A stretch of 58,711 bases of DNA, filler included, from Sphacelaria rigidula (lineage: Eukaryota), in NCBI GenBank assembly GCA_964200075.2. It is 6 parts of 6 records of this genome, joined end to end, with 100 filler letters (N's around TTAATTAATTAA, not from the genome) between each part and the next. Parts side by side here need not be neighbours in the genome. Positions count along the whole stretch, not along the records: positions 29,409 to 39,109 come from CAXNAA020007934.1; positions 39,210 to 48,910 come from CAXNAA020007935.1; positions 49,011 to 58,711 come from CAXNAA020007936.1; 3 more parts are not named here. One strand, written 5' to 3'. Positions 38,138 through 49,513 of this stretch are shown here, one piece after another. Made by a program: the position numbers and the translations under genes. The notes below the pieces were generated by a model. It saw only the letters and a list, made by a program, of their open reading frames with translations. It had not been told where the DNA came from and ran no database searches. How positions within the stretch are numbered: the stretch's first letter is position 1; the number at the start of each line of letters is the position of its first letter.

Positions 38138-39039
38138 CGCGTCGGTCATTGTTGTGGAGGCGAAGCCCTTTCAGGTTGTCTAGCTACCCCAACCATGCAT
38201 GGTCAAGGAAATGTGCGTCGGCATATTCGACGATGTTTCCTACCGTTTCCAGATCATGTGTCCCGCCCACGGGTTGACGGGAAGCATGTTGTCAAAGCGT
38301 TTCCGAGACAAAATCCACCACTTTCGATATTCTCGACCAAAACAAAAAAGACACATCATTCAACGGTGCGGGCCACGGACAAACTTGCCTGTCCATTCTC
38401 GCTACCATGCAGGCGAAATTCCCGAGTCCCTAGGACAGCTCAGCAACCTGGGGAAGCTACACACCTCCGCAACAATGATCTACGCGGCGAGTCTCGTGAG
38501 AAAGTTAGCGTGTGTGGGTGCAGGGGCGAGATTCGACCTGCATCGAACAACGTTGACCTGGGTCCCCTTCATGTCCCCTAGTTAACTAAGGGACATCAAG
38601 GGGATCCAGGTTGACGTTATTCGGTACAGGTCGAATCTCGCCCCTGCACCAACACACGCTGACTTTCTCACGAGACTCGCAGCGTAGGTCATCGTTGTGG
38701 AGGTGAAGCTCTCCCAGGTTGCCCAGCTACCCTGGTGACGTGGGAGTTTCCCGGCATGGCTTCGGAAATCGGCGTGGACATATTCGATGATGTTTCCCAC
38801 CGTCTTCAGATGAGTGTTTTGCCAACGCGTTGGCGAGAATTATATGCCCGAAGCATTTGTAAGACAATATCTACGGAGATTGATACTCTGGAAAAAAGCA
38901 AGACAAGTCATTCAACGGCGCCACCCACAGACAAACGTCCTTTCTCATTCCTCAAAAACATGCCGACGAAATCCCGGCGTCGCTAGGACAGCTCAGCAAC
39001 CTGGGGAAGCTACACACCTCCGCAACAATGATCTACGCG
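38138..39039. pseudogene. Four further LRR exon cassettes (-38138-~38195, +38413-38486, -38681-38751, +38966-39039)
   Basis: LG*LDNLKGLRLHNNDRRG; GEIPESLGQLSNLGKLH(fs)LRNNDLRG; ..G*LGNLGELHLHNDDLR; EIPASLGQLSNLGKLH(fs)LRNNDLRG. Palindromic intron 38487-38680 centred on TAGTTAACTA. Confidence 0.85.
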
Positions 39040-39109
39040 GCGAGTCTCGTGAGAAAGTTAGCGTGTGTGGGTGCAGGGGCGAGATTCGACCTGCATCGAA
39101 CAACGTTGA

Positions 39110-39209
39110 NNNNNNNNNNNNNNNNNNNNNNNNNNNNNNNNNNNNNNNNNNNNTTAATTAATTAANNNNNNNNNNNNNNNNNNNNNNNNNNNNNNNNNNN
39201 NNNNNNNNN
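39110..39209. other. Artificial scaffold linker
   Basis: N44-TTAATTAATTAA-N44. Confidence 0.99.
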
Positions 39210-39661
39210 CACATGGATTTTTTGCCCACTGATTGTTCACTTTTGGGACGTTTGAGCCACTTTTTGACCCCCAAACAGGGAAAATCGCCAGAACACGTCT
39301 TGGACACTTTGCATCACCCCACAGAGAGGAGCCTGGCCCACTTTTCAGATTCACTTTGCTCCAAGGTTTCGAGAGCGGCCGCTGAACAATAATCCGTGTG
39401 CAATAAAATCTACGGCGATCTCCACAGGTTGTTGGACAAACTGACAGGGGTCGGCAAGCACAGGTTGTTGCACACGGATGATTGTTCAGCGGCCAGTCTC
39501 GAAACCTCGGAGCCAAGCGAATCTGAAAAGTAGGCTAGGCTCCTCTCTGTGGGATGATTTAAAGTGTCCAAGACGTATGTTGGCGATTCTCCCTGTTCGG
39601 GGGTCAAAAGGTGGCTCAAACGTCTCAAAAGTGAACAATCCGTGGGCCAAAAATCTGTGTG
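39210..39661. mobile_element. Foldback/MITE with ~190-bp inverted arms
   Basis: CACATGGATTTTTTGCCCAC...CCGTGTGCAA pairs with TTGCACACGG...GTGGGCCAAAAATCTGTGTG. Confidence 0.85.
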
Positions 39662-39679
39662 CTATTACTACATCCGGCC

Positions 39680-40378
39680 TGAACAAAAAGAATGAGTTTC
39701 AACTAAAAAAAAAGCAGTGCTTTCCCTGACCTAACGTCACGACACATGACTTTCATATGGACGACTTCATCCCTCCCGACCTCCCAAAATCTATTTCGGA
39801 GGGTTTCCAGCTTTAACAACGTTTTCGTGAGATTGAGAGTAGAGCGCTGATTGAGAGTGGCTTCGGTAATTCGCTTCAACCTAGCCAATTTCTCATCCCA
39901 TGTGTGCTTTTTTTTGCCTCCATCACTAGCGTGTACTCACAGCTACAGACAATACACGTCGATATCCTACTCAGCGATATCAAGGGCCTCAGTGACAAGC
40001 TACTACAGAAAGCATATCGGGTCTTGTGGAGGGGCATTTCGGAACTGAAACGACTAATTAACTAAATGATCGCTTTTCACTCTCAATCGTATCCTCCACT
40101 CTAAATCTCACGAAAAACTTGTTCTTTCTGTTTCCCCGAAGGGTATGTGCGAAAGCACGATTTTTGCACCACCAAAAAGCGTCCCTTTTCTCACCCCGAA
40201 ATCGAGGCAAAATGTTATTTCGCGCATACCCTTTGGGGGAACGGAAGGCTAGAAATCCCCCGAAATAGTTTTAGAGAGGTCGGGAGCGATGAGGTGGTCC
40301 ATATATATGAAAGTCATTTGCCATGACTTTAGGTCAGGGAAAGCACTGCTTTTGAGTTGAAACTCATCTTTTTGTTCA
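39680..40378. mobile_element. Foldback/MITE (~130-bp arms) with nested MITE 39821-40118 and a small IR at 40131-40240
   Basis: TGAACAAAAAGAATGAGTTTCAACT...AAGCAGTGCTTTCCCTGACCTAA pairs with TTAGGTCAGGGAAAGCACTGCTT...AGTTGAAACTCATCTTTTTGTTCA. Confidence 0.85.
39821..40118. mobile_element. MITE, second copy of the 34738-34978 family
   Basis: TIR GTTTTCGTGAGATTGAGAGTAGAG / CTCCACTCTAAATCTCACGAAAAAC; shared internal GTCGATATCCTACTC..GATATCAAGGGC. Confidence 0.85.
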
Positions 40379-40390
40379 ACCCCATTCAAG

Positions 40391-41057
40391 ACGGGTTTTT
40401 ACAAATCGGGGATGGATCTTGATTGGGGATGAAAACGCAGAGAAATGAAATCCTCGGATCCACACCAAATCTTCGAAACATGCTTCCATTTCTTCACTTG
40501 CTCGTAGCTATTGGTTACAACTACACGCCATACAAATTTGGATTTCGATAACCGAAATATCGGGGTCCTAGTTGCAACACCAATTTGGGGGGATTATAGA
40601 TGTCCGATCGGACGCCAAAATTGTTTCTTCACCTAGGACCTCGACATTTCAGTCATCGAAATCCAGATTTGCAGGCCTGTAGTAGTTGTCAATAGCTACC
40701 AGCAAGTAAAAAAATGGAAGCATTATACTTCGAAGATTTGGTGTGGATACGATGATTTTAATTCTCTGGGTTTTCATCCCCAATAAAAGATCCATCCCCA
40801 TTTTGTAAAATCCCGTGTTATTTTTGGCAATCCACCGTTACATCATGCGGGACAGTCATATAATGCAAGCAACATTCGCTATAGGGGAATGCGTAGATTT
40901 GGTGTGGATACGATGATTTTAATTCTCCGGGTTTTCATACCCAATAAAAGATCCATCCCCATTTTGTCAAATTCCGTGTTATTTTTTAGAGAACCCGCCG
41001 TTGCATCATGCGGGACAGTCATATAATGCAAGCAACATGCGCTATAGGCGAATGCGT
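40391..41057. mobile_element. Foldback/MITE (40391-40816) with tandem duplication of its right end (40734-40894 / 40895-41057)
   Basis: ACGGG...GGGGATGGATCTT...CCACACCAAATCTTCGAA pairs with TTCGAAGATTTGGTGTGG...AAGATCCATCCCC...CCCGT; a ~161-bp direct repeat follows. Confidence 0.8.
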
Positions 41058-42011
41058 ACAACCACACCTATAACGGTATCGAAATAATGCTTCGCTACCG
41101 AAGGTTATGACAGCATAGCATGCTATATTGATCATCATAACCCTTTGGACACTTCAAATATATATGGAGTAGGAGATGTTTGTGTCGAAGAGTAATTTCG
41201 CCTGTTCAGGCATGCGGTCAGACTCGTTGGTCTTTCTCTCTAGTCTCCTTACAAGTCATGGTCTTTGGGAGCGACATTGTCTACCGCGTTGTTGGTGGCA
41301 GTGTAGCATTTTTATGCCTTACAAGCACACAACGGAAGTGCAACACTTGAATCTGACCAGATTCACCTAGCGAGCTTTGCCACCCCTACCTCCTAGTATG
41401 TTGTCGTCCGAAGGCAGGGCTCAACAACGTTTGCACCCGAGGGTTAGAGCGGACACAAATGCGGGTTAATCGCGCTCGTTACACGCAAATCTTCCAGCCA
41501 TCATCACAAGCTGACAAGCCTTTCACCCAACCACAACACACAACAGGCACATCTACAGTCCCTCTACAGTGGAACCGTAAGGGTCAAGGGCAACGATCGA
41601 CGTATCAGTCGAACTCAATCCATCTCACCAGCTCATGCGGGACGTCAAATGGCAGCACCGAATGCACGTGAGTGTGGAATCCTGTACTCATTCAGCTCGT
41701 TCGCCCTCGCGTTTAATCATCCCTTGTGCTAATTTCAAGTATCAGAGTAAATCTAACACAACTCTCACACTGCGATGATGGATGTCTTGAACGCCACCGT
41801 GCAACGCCACTGTGGGTGCGGGTATGGCTACAGCTTACAAAGCAAAAGCGTAGCCTGCTGACAGTGGTGAGGTTCCCACAATTCCCTGTTGTCACTCACA
41901 CGCTCTTCCGCGCGCACTCTCTCTCACTTGTCTCGACGTGTATCGCGATGTGTCGGTGACTGTTGCAAGAAACAGCCGGCGGAGAAGAAGGTGAAGACAC
42001 GGAAACAGCTG

Positions 42012-43930
42012 ATGATGCGCGGCGGGGCACCAAAAAAAGCAAGAGACGACGACCCAACCTGCCACTCTTCCACGGAGGAAGATTCTGATCAGCTCATGCA
42101 TCACCCGTGGTGTGATAACCAGAGGCGTGGCGTCCCTGGTCCTGCCTCTAATTCTCGAGAGAGTGGCCCTTCATCCCCGTTTTCTCCTACCGGAGGCTCT
42201 TTACAGCTTGTTTGCGGCAGTGGAGACCGTCCACTATCAAACATCAAGGCACGACGAGTTGCCATAGCCCGTGGTACAGCACCAGTAACACCAGCAGCAC
42301 TAGCAGCACAATCAACACCACCAGGCTCTCTTACAATGGAAGAAATGTCGAAGGGCACATTAACGGAAGATATGCTCCGCGCGGTCGCTGGAACACAACG
42401 GCTAGAAACGGTGACGCACCTCGAGCTTGTGATCGACAGCGCGGAAACCCCGAGTGTGGCAGGTGTCTGGCCATCGGTACCCTCGCTGCACACTCTAGTA
42501 CTGAATGGTAGCAGGCTCATGAGCTTTCGGGACTTGGGCGTTGGCCTTCGGAACTTGCATACGCTTTCCCTGGAGTATTCGGGTATCGAAGATTTGGATG
42601 GTATCGGAGTTTTGTCCGAACTGAAGGAGCTGCGCCTGGCAAACAACAATGTGTCCGATGTAACCCCCCTTGCTTGTCACAGCCATCTACAAGTCTTGGA
42701 TCTCGAGCAGAATCGCATTGGAAATGTGAAGGAACTGGAGATTATGGGCACAATATCACTACTGTATAGGTACGTGTGTATACCTTGTGGTGTCGCGCAG
42801 GAATCGGATCAGGAAAGTTGTGTCGTCGAGAGAGAGTCCATCAGCTTGATCATAGCAGGTCAGGATATATCTAGTCTATGGTTTGTACGAATGCCGTGTG
42901 GACTACCGGTCGTGTACCAAGATCCCGGAGTCCTCAACGTTTTTCTTTCCCTTGAGTATTTTCCTCGTTGCTCATGAGGCGGACCTACAGCAGCACTTCA
43001 TACTTTGGGCTTGAACATTCTTCCTTTCCCGCGGGTAATATGACAAAACATTTAACATTCATCTCACCTCTTCGTTCCGGCTTCGACATTGATGCTCAAG
43101 TATCTCAGTAGAGTGCATCAGGCATGTGCCCCTGGCGGTGTATTTGGGTAAGACTTGGGCCTTCCCCCCTCTCTCCCTCCCTTTCATGACTGCATACCCA
43201 AAGCTTGGGGGGAAATAAATCACCCAACAATAAAGAGGTCGATTTGAAAGAGACTGACGACACAAAAACAAAATGCCCTGAATATATAATTTGTCAATTC
43301 CCCTCGAACCATCAATCTCTCATTTCTCTCACGCACAGCTTGAACTTGAATCAGAATCCGCTGATGAGTTCACTGGGTAAACTTCCGGGAGGACAGGGCC
43401 GGGGGGTTGTCCATCGCCTCATACCTCAACTGCAGGTCCTCGGTGGTACATCTCTCTCCGTCCTCGAGATAGACATTGTCGACGCGGATGCGTTATTGCG
43501 AGACACCAACGCCTTGGCCTGGGAGGGTGCATCTGGAGCACGGACCGCCTGGGAAGAGAAAAACGGTGAAAACGTGACAGTCCCGTGCGCTGGGAGAAAT
43601 GGGTGTCTGGAGAAGAAAGAGGCCGCGAAAACTACGTTGTCCCCGGTTCTTTCGAATTCGCCAGACAGGGGGCGGCGGCGACTAAAGCAGAGAGAGCGGA
43701 ATGGTGGCGAGAATGTTCTTAAAGCCTCGCCGGATCGAGGGATCGTGCACTGGGACAGTGACTTGACACAGGGTGGTTGTCCCGCATTTTCTGGGAAAGC
43801 GAGGTAAACTAATACTTGACTAGAAAGTAAGGTGATGTTCACACATAAATATGGGCCAGGTCAGTTGTTGCAAGTATACGCTCACAGCATTCGTTGATCA
43901 CCATATGAGTTCGTTTGTGCAAGTATGCAT

Positions 43931-43999
<69 letters not shown>

Positions 44000-46094
44000 C
44001 GTGCGCGCGCGCGTCCTGATGGCTTATGTTGTAGGTACTGAAGTACAGAAGTTGAACGGTCGGGTCATAGAGCATGGGACGGTGCACATGCTATAAATCG
44101 CACTTTTAATCGGAATGAAGTGTTTCTCGTCCAACGATAACCTTGAGTTTCAGATGACTGTGGTTATGAAGTGTTGTGAAATGAAGAAGAGGGGTGTTTA
44201 ACGGGACGTACGGCACCAAGATTCGCAATCTCGAGGCACTTTTGCCGCAGAATCTCAGATAACCTTGGCTTTCACTGGATCCCATGTTGTCTTTGAACCC
44301 CACGCGATCGCATTGACAGTTCAGCAATCAGGCGGTATAAAGTGGGTGGGGATAATGATGCGCGACAGAGACTACCAAGCCCGCAGGGCGTCTTGGACAC
44401 GTTGAACCTCGCCAAGCAAATGGAGCTAGGGCTACAACACAGGCGAGAACAGAGCAAATATAATCAGCACACGGCACGGTAAAGAGGAGTACTAATTCGT
44501 TAAAGTTACTATCGACGGGGTCGTTTGCGAGATATCCCAGCCAGAGCGGACGCGGCCACGTAAAAGACAGGGGCAGCTGTTTGCACCATAACCGCTGTTG
44601 CCAGTGACGGTGATCACGCCTCCATACGCGACGGATGAATCACGTGTTCACTCGACTCCTCCGCATCCGTCGCACGAACTTTCGATACACAACATCAATA
44701 CGGCAGGCAGAACCAACTAGAAGATCGAGTTTTGGAATGGCAACGAGAAATAAGCTCTGAATCTCTCCCGCAGGGGGAGCAAATAATTCCCCCGCCGTAC
44801 CCTTCCACAAACGTCAGCGAATCCTCCGAATCAAGCCCGCAAGTGAGGGCAGTCACAGATATCAGTTTGTTGGGGAGCACCAGAAATTATCTTCAACACG
44901 AACTAGAGGAAGGACGAACAATAGATATGCGAAAATGCTGGAGTGGAACTTGGGCCTCGACTTCGACGGATGGAGAATTGGCCAACGCGGAGAAGGAGGA
45001 AGAGAGGGGGAGGGGTGACGGTTCTGTTATTGGTATACGAAACGATCCCAACGCCGGAGACTTTCCCCTGTCGAGTAGGCCATGGACGACGGGGCACGTG
45101 GTGGGTGGTAGTTCGGGGTTGACATCACCACTATCGTTGCCGGTGTCACCGCGGAGCGGGCGTACGATCTCATCTTCGAAACCGGTGATGGAAGCGACAC
45201 GTGACATTCACGATGGCAGCCCGGCAAAAAATGAGGCTGGCACCGTTAACAACGAGAAAAAGGTGAAAGGGGAGAACCTAGGGACAGGGGTGAGAAAAGG
45301 GGGATATCTGCAACAACGCCGAACCCAATGCCGGCGACCTCAGACCGCGGTAGAGCTCGGTCGACGGCGGCATAGAGGCCACAGCGGCGCTCTCATTGTC
45401 GGAGAAGACGGGTCGACTTTGAGCGCGGGTTGGCTACATGTTTGGGAGTCGCTGCAGACGGCGGGTCTGCATGAGACGAACGTGTCCCAGGAAGCAAAAT
45501 CACCGCCTACATCTTCCCGCGATTATTCTCCCTCAGTCAGATCGCCCATCACTACGTCTACTAGTGCGTGTCCCGTCACCGGCCGCGTGCAAGGCAGAAG
45601 AGTCGATTTCCGGAGCCAAAGACAAACGCGGCAAATAGTCAGGACGAGGTCCGCGGGTCTGCGAAGAGGGGACAGCATCAGTAATGCCGTCGCTGCCATT
45701 CAACCGAGCAGTGGGTCATCTACGGAAGCAGACGACGACGAGCAATGCAGCGTTACTTCCGAGGAAAACGATAACGGTCGAGATGAGATGAAGAAAAGAG
45801 CGGCGGCGTTTTTGAATGTTAAACCAAGGACACCATCCGACGACCGCGGCGCTGGTCCCGATTCTCGCAACAACGCCGCCACTAGGCGACCTATCATGGC
45901 ATGTGGTCGTCCAGTTGAAATGGCTCAAAGCGCACATCGAGATGCACAGCCTGAAGTTCATCGGCGCGAAGTACCTCGAGCTGCAGGGGTGGAGGAGGGT
46001 ATAATCTTTTCGGCAAAAGGAGCACACAGGCGAACACGGAAAGGAAATCGCGGGAGGACAACGGCATCTCGTCGGTCGCTAGCAACGATGGACG

Positions 46095-46128
<34 letters not shown>

Positions 46129-47438
46129 CGAAGGGGGCGATACACATCGGCAGAAGCCAAAGCGGCCGACCAAGGGTGGCCGTGTCGGTGTCGATGGTTG
46201 TAAGAGTGGTAGCAGTAATGTTGGTAATTGCGGTAGAGGTGCTGATGTCAGGGGTGAGAACAATCGAATATACGACCGCGGATCTGGGGGGAGCTCCGTC
46301 GCCGCTACTGCTGGGCGCAGCGGTGCAGCATCGCGGCGCGTTTCTTCCGTTCATGCTGCCAGTCGAATGCTGGGCTTCGACCTAAGAAAGTCGCTCGCAG
46401 CGATCAATGAGTGGACGCAGAAGGCGACACTCGTCACCGTCGACGGCGGGCAACCCGATATTTATCGAGCAGGAAAGGTCGCGCGGCGTCCGCCAAGTTT
46501 CGGTGTGGTAAGCGTCATTGACGAAACAGTGGCGTCCCCGTACACGCCCTCCTCGCGCCATCCTTGGTCGGCAGCGGTAGACGTGAGCGGTACGCGGAAC
46601 CGTAACAATAGCCACCGCGACCATCTCATAAAGAAGGAAAACAGTCGACAACCAAATAGGGAGACGCAACGGAGCGGTGGTCGTCCTAGAAATACGTGCG
46701 GGACAAAGGGCAGTCCCTCTCTCGAAGCCTCCGGCCATCATGCCTTCGGCGGCGAGGACGGCAGCGAGGATGAGGAGGTGCTGAGCATTGCAGCCGCGAG
46801 AGCAGCGCTTGGCATCAGCAGGGGCCAGGGTACGAGTCGACATAGCGGAACAGCGACCGCTGCCACATCGACCGGCTCCTGTTCTACCAAGTCATCAAAG
46901 CAGGGCAGGATGGAAGCAGGGAAGTCCGAGGCATCTGGTGGCGAGGACGAGACACATATACCCAGGTATCCATCGGCGTCCGAAGTCGACGCTATCGTGG
47001 AACTTGCCGAGGCCGCCGCAAGCGCTAGCGGCGACGAGCATGACGACTGCAAGGGGCCGGTGGAGAGGAGATTTGAGGGGAGGAACAACAACGGTAGGGG
47101 AGGGGGGGGGGGTAGCAGACAAAAACGCTGGAGACAGCAGACGGCGAAGAAGCGCAAGAGAAGTTTCTTCTGATGCAAAATCATTGTCGAGCAATACGGT
47201 TGAAGGTTTGGCTGTAAGCATGTCCGACGAGGCCCTCGAGAACATGCTGCGAAGGCAGCCACGCACGGTGCCGGAGCTTCGGACGAAGGACAGCTTTCGG
47301 TACTTCTTCAAGGGCATGCAAGCTGAGCGCATGAGTCGGCTGCTGCGCGGGGCGTACGACGGGACACTGCCGCCGGGAGAGGTGGATTTGAAGGTGGAAA
47401 AACGCCTCGGGCTTGTAGGCGACATGCTAGCGTGGTGA
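42012..47438 (+). CDS. LRRC56: LRRC56/ODA8-like ciliary outer-arm dynein assembly/transport factor; exons 42012-42769, 43339-43803, 44320-44478, 44707-47438 (frameshift in poly-G 47102-47112)
   Basis: LTEDMLRAVAGTQRLETVTHLELVIDS..LHTLVLNGSRLMSFRDLGVGLRNLHTLSLEYSGIEDLDGIGVLSELKELRLANNNVSDVTPL..LQVLDLEQNRI..SLNLNQNPL matches the LRRC56 LRR pattern. All three introns are GT-AG and phase 2-compatible. The motif SDLTQG..FSGKASSAIRR is restored across exons 2/3. The start codon is inferred. Confidence 0.85.
43935..43997. repeat. (GT)n microsatellite in intron 2
   Basis: ~31 GT units. Confidence 0.99.
46097..46123 (+). repeat. (AGC)9 coding repeat (poly-Ser)
   Basis: In-frame run in exon 4. Confidence 0.95.
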
Positions 47439-48910
47439 CGTTGTGGTGTATGACAGGCGGCCTAGCCCCGACAATGTTTGTCCTGCGCTTGTGAATAGCG
47501 TGTGTGTCGGGGAGATAGCGGATGCTTGCTACCATGGTACTTCGCCGACGATAGGGGGGGGGTAATGTTCGGAATCGTTGGTTTTCTCATGCCCCGACAA
47601 GGACGAGCAGGGTTATCGATCCACCAAGGCCTTTAACTGGTTATTCCGCCTAGAAAGGTGGCCAAAGCTACTGTGTGCCCAGGGGCAGCACCCATGTGAT
47701 TGACAGCATAGCGTGTTCATATATCCATGGCAGCTTCAAGAAAGATGCATTTGCGTGGTGTCTTTACGGTGCTCCTCGGTATACTTACCACCCCCCTCCA
47801 ACACCTTCCCGTAAAAGCTTGTCACACTCGAGGTCATTTCAAAACAAGGACCCCCCCCAGAAAAAAAACACGCGCCGGGATTTCTCATGATCACATTTAA
47901 TATGGTATGAATCTTTTACGCTTTTTAACACACGATTATGACTCGTACACGATGGAAGCCACTTTTGCTCCTTGCGATGACCATCCCTCACAGGGCCCAG
48001 ATCCCCCAAACTCAAAACCGCCACAAATGTAACTCGTGCGACGATCCCGTGCTTTTCCCACTCGTCCTCCGTTTCCTCCACTTGTGTGGCAAATCGTTCA
48101 AGCACGAGACAAGTTGAAGCACCCCCTGCTTTCGACAAAAGGATGCATGTCCCACCCCACGCCTCCCGCCCGACGCACGAGCAAATCCGGTGTCTCTCTC
48201 GCGATGGCAACTGCAATTTCGCTTATTTGGGTACTTCTGGGACCTCATTTGGGATAGGTGGCTCCGGAATCTGATCTGAGACGTTGCTGCCTGCAACTTT
48301 CGCCTTTTCCTTCTTAGTCCTTTTGCGCTTAACCAAACCGTCCTGCGATACGGGGTGGTGGGGGGGGAGGGGCAAGGGCGACGAGTCGCGTCGAAAGCGA
48401 CGCGACGTATGGTGCAAGGTATGATACGCGACGTACGATGAAAGATACGAGTAGCGGCGTATGATGAGAAATGCGATTTCAAAGAACGGCAAACAGCTTC
48501 TTTATTTTTCGTAGTTTATGGCGGGTGAACAAAAACACGCAACATCGGATGTTGGGTGCTTTTGAGAGACGAAGGAACAGACCGCGAGGAAATCTCTGCA
48601 TCGTCCGAATCTCCGGTTGCTGCAGCTAACATGGTACTCCTGGCTGCTTGTTGAGCCGATGTATACAGACGACAGGCGTCTCTGGTATTATTGTAGCTTG
48701 ATTGAGCGTACGCGCGAGGTGCAACAAGGCATTGGCGTGCTCACTATCAAGACATCTTCTACAACACGCACAACAGCTCGGGCATGATACTTCACAGAGC
48801 ACTCTCGAAAGATGGCAAAAAAAAAAAAAAAACGACCCAAGAGGGCGAAGACAAGAAAACCCCCCGCCAAGGCGGCGGCGCCGACAAAAAAAACCCAAAC
48901 CCACGCACAA

Positions 48911-49010
48911 NNNNNNNNNNNNNNNNNNNNNNNNNNNNNNNNNNNNNNNNNNNNTTAATTAATTAANNNNNNNNNNNNNNNNNNNNNNNNNNNNNNNNNN
49001 NNNNNNNNNN
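48911..49010. other. Artificial scaffold linker
   Basis: N44-TTAATTAATTAA-N44. Confidence 0.99.
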
Positions 49011-49284
49011 GTTATTCATATATTAACCCTCTGCATAGTACAGGAGAACAGGACCATAGCCTCTCCCCAACAGAGTGGCACAATCAAGCCTACTCATCAT
49101 GGAGGTCACCACCACAGAGTCCGGCAATCAGACCCGCAACTCCACCTACAATGTCCCTGACCTTAGGTAACAATGGTGGCTAGGTCTACATCTCACATAT
49201 TTAATAACTTGTGTTTTGAATGAGATGAAGGGCTCCCAACAATTCTAAGCTCGGAAAATATTGGTGCGCACCCCTACCGTAACA

Positions 49285-49513
49285 TTGATTGATTTGATTG
49301 ATTGTCGCACTTTAACTGACCCCCCCGGGGGTCCAGTCGTGGTCTCATGATAGACGTACCCAAGAAAAACGAAACTCAAACACGCTCTAAGAAAAATAGC
49401 ATTACTCGGAATCATCGCCAGCCTCGGAGTTCCTTCGGCATCAGGACGACATGTCCAACGACAGTCCCTCCCGTAGGTCTCGGTCTACCCTAGCGATACG
49501 CCTTCCGCACATT
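49285..49513 (-). mobile_element. 3' end of (AATC)n-tail LINE family
   Basis: TTGATTGATTTGATTGATTG tail; body matches 14931-15075 and 14539-14640. Confidence 0.7.

Noticed and set aside
37877-38581. 234-aa ORF as a real protein
   Set aside because: It reads through from one LRR exon into intron and antisense sequence; only the first ~22 aa are LRR.
36052-39109. CRISPR-like array
   Set aside because: The units are hundreds of bp, encode LRR peptides with splice sites and alternate in strand; there are no cas genes and the context is eukaryotic.
34738-40118. Two MITE copies flanking the LRR array as a composite transposon
   Set aside because: The second copy lies across the 39110-39209 linker on another scaffold.
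36052-47438. LRR exon array as part of, or linked to, the LRRC56 gene
   Set aside because: They are on different scaffolds separated by an artificial linker, and the LRR classes differ.
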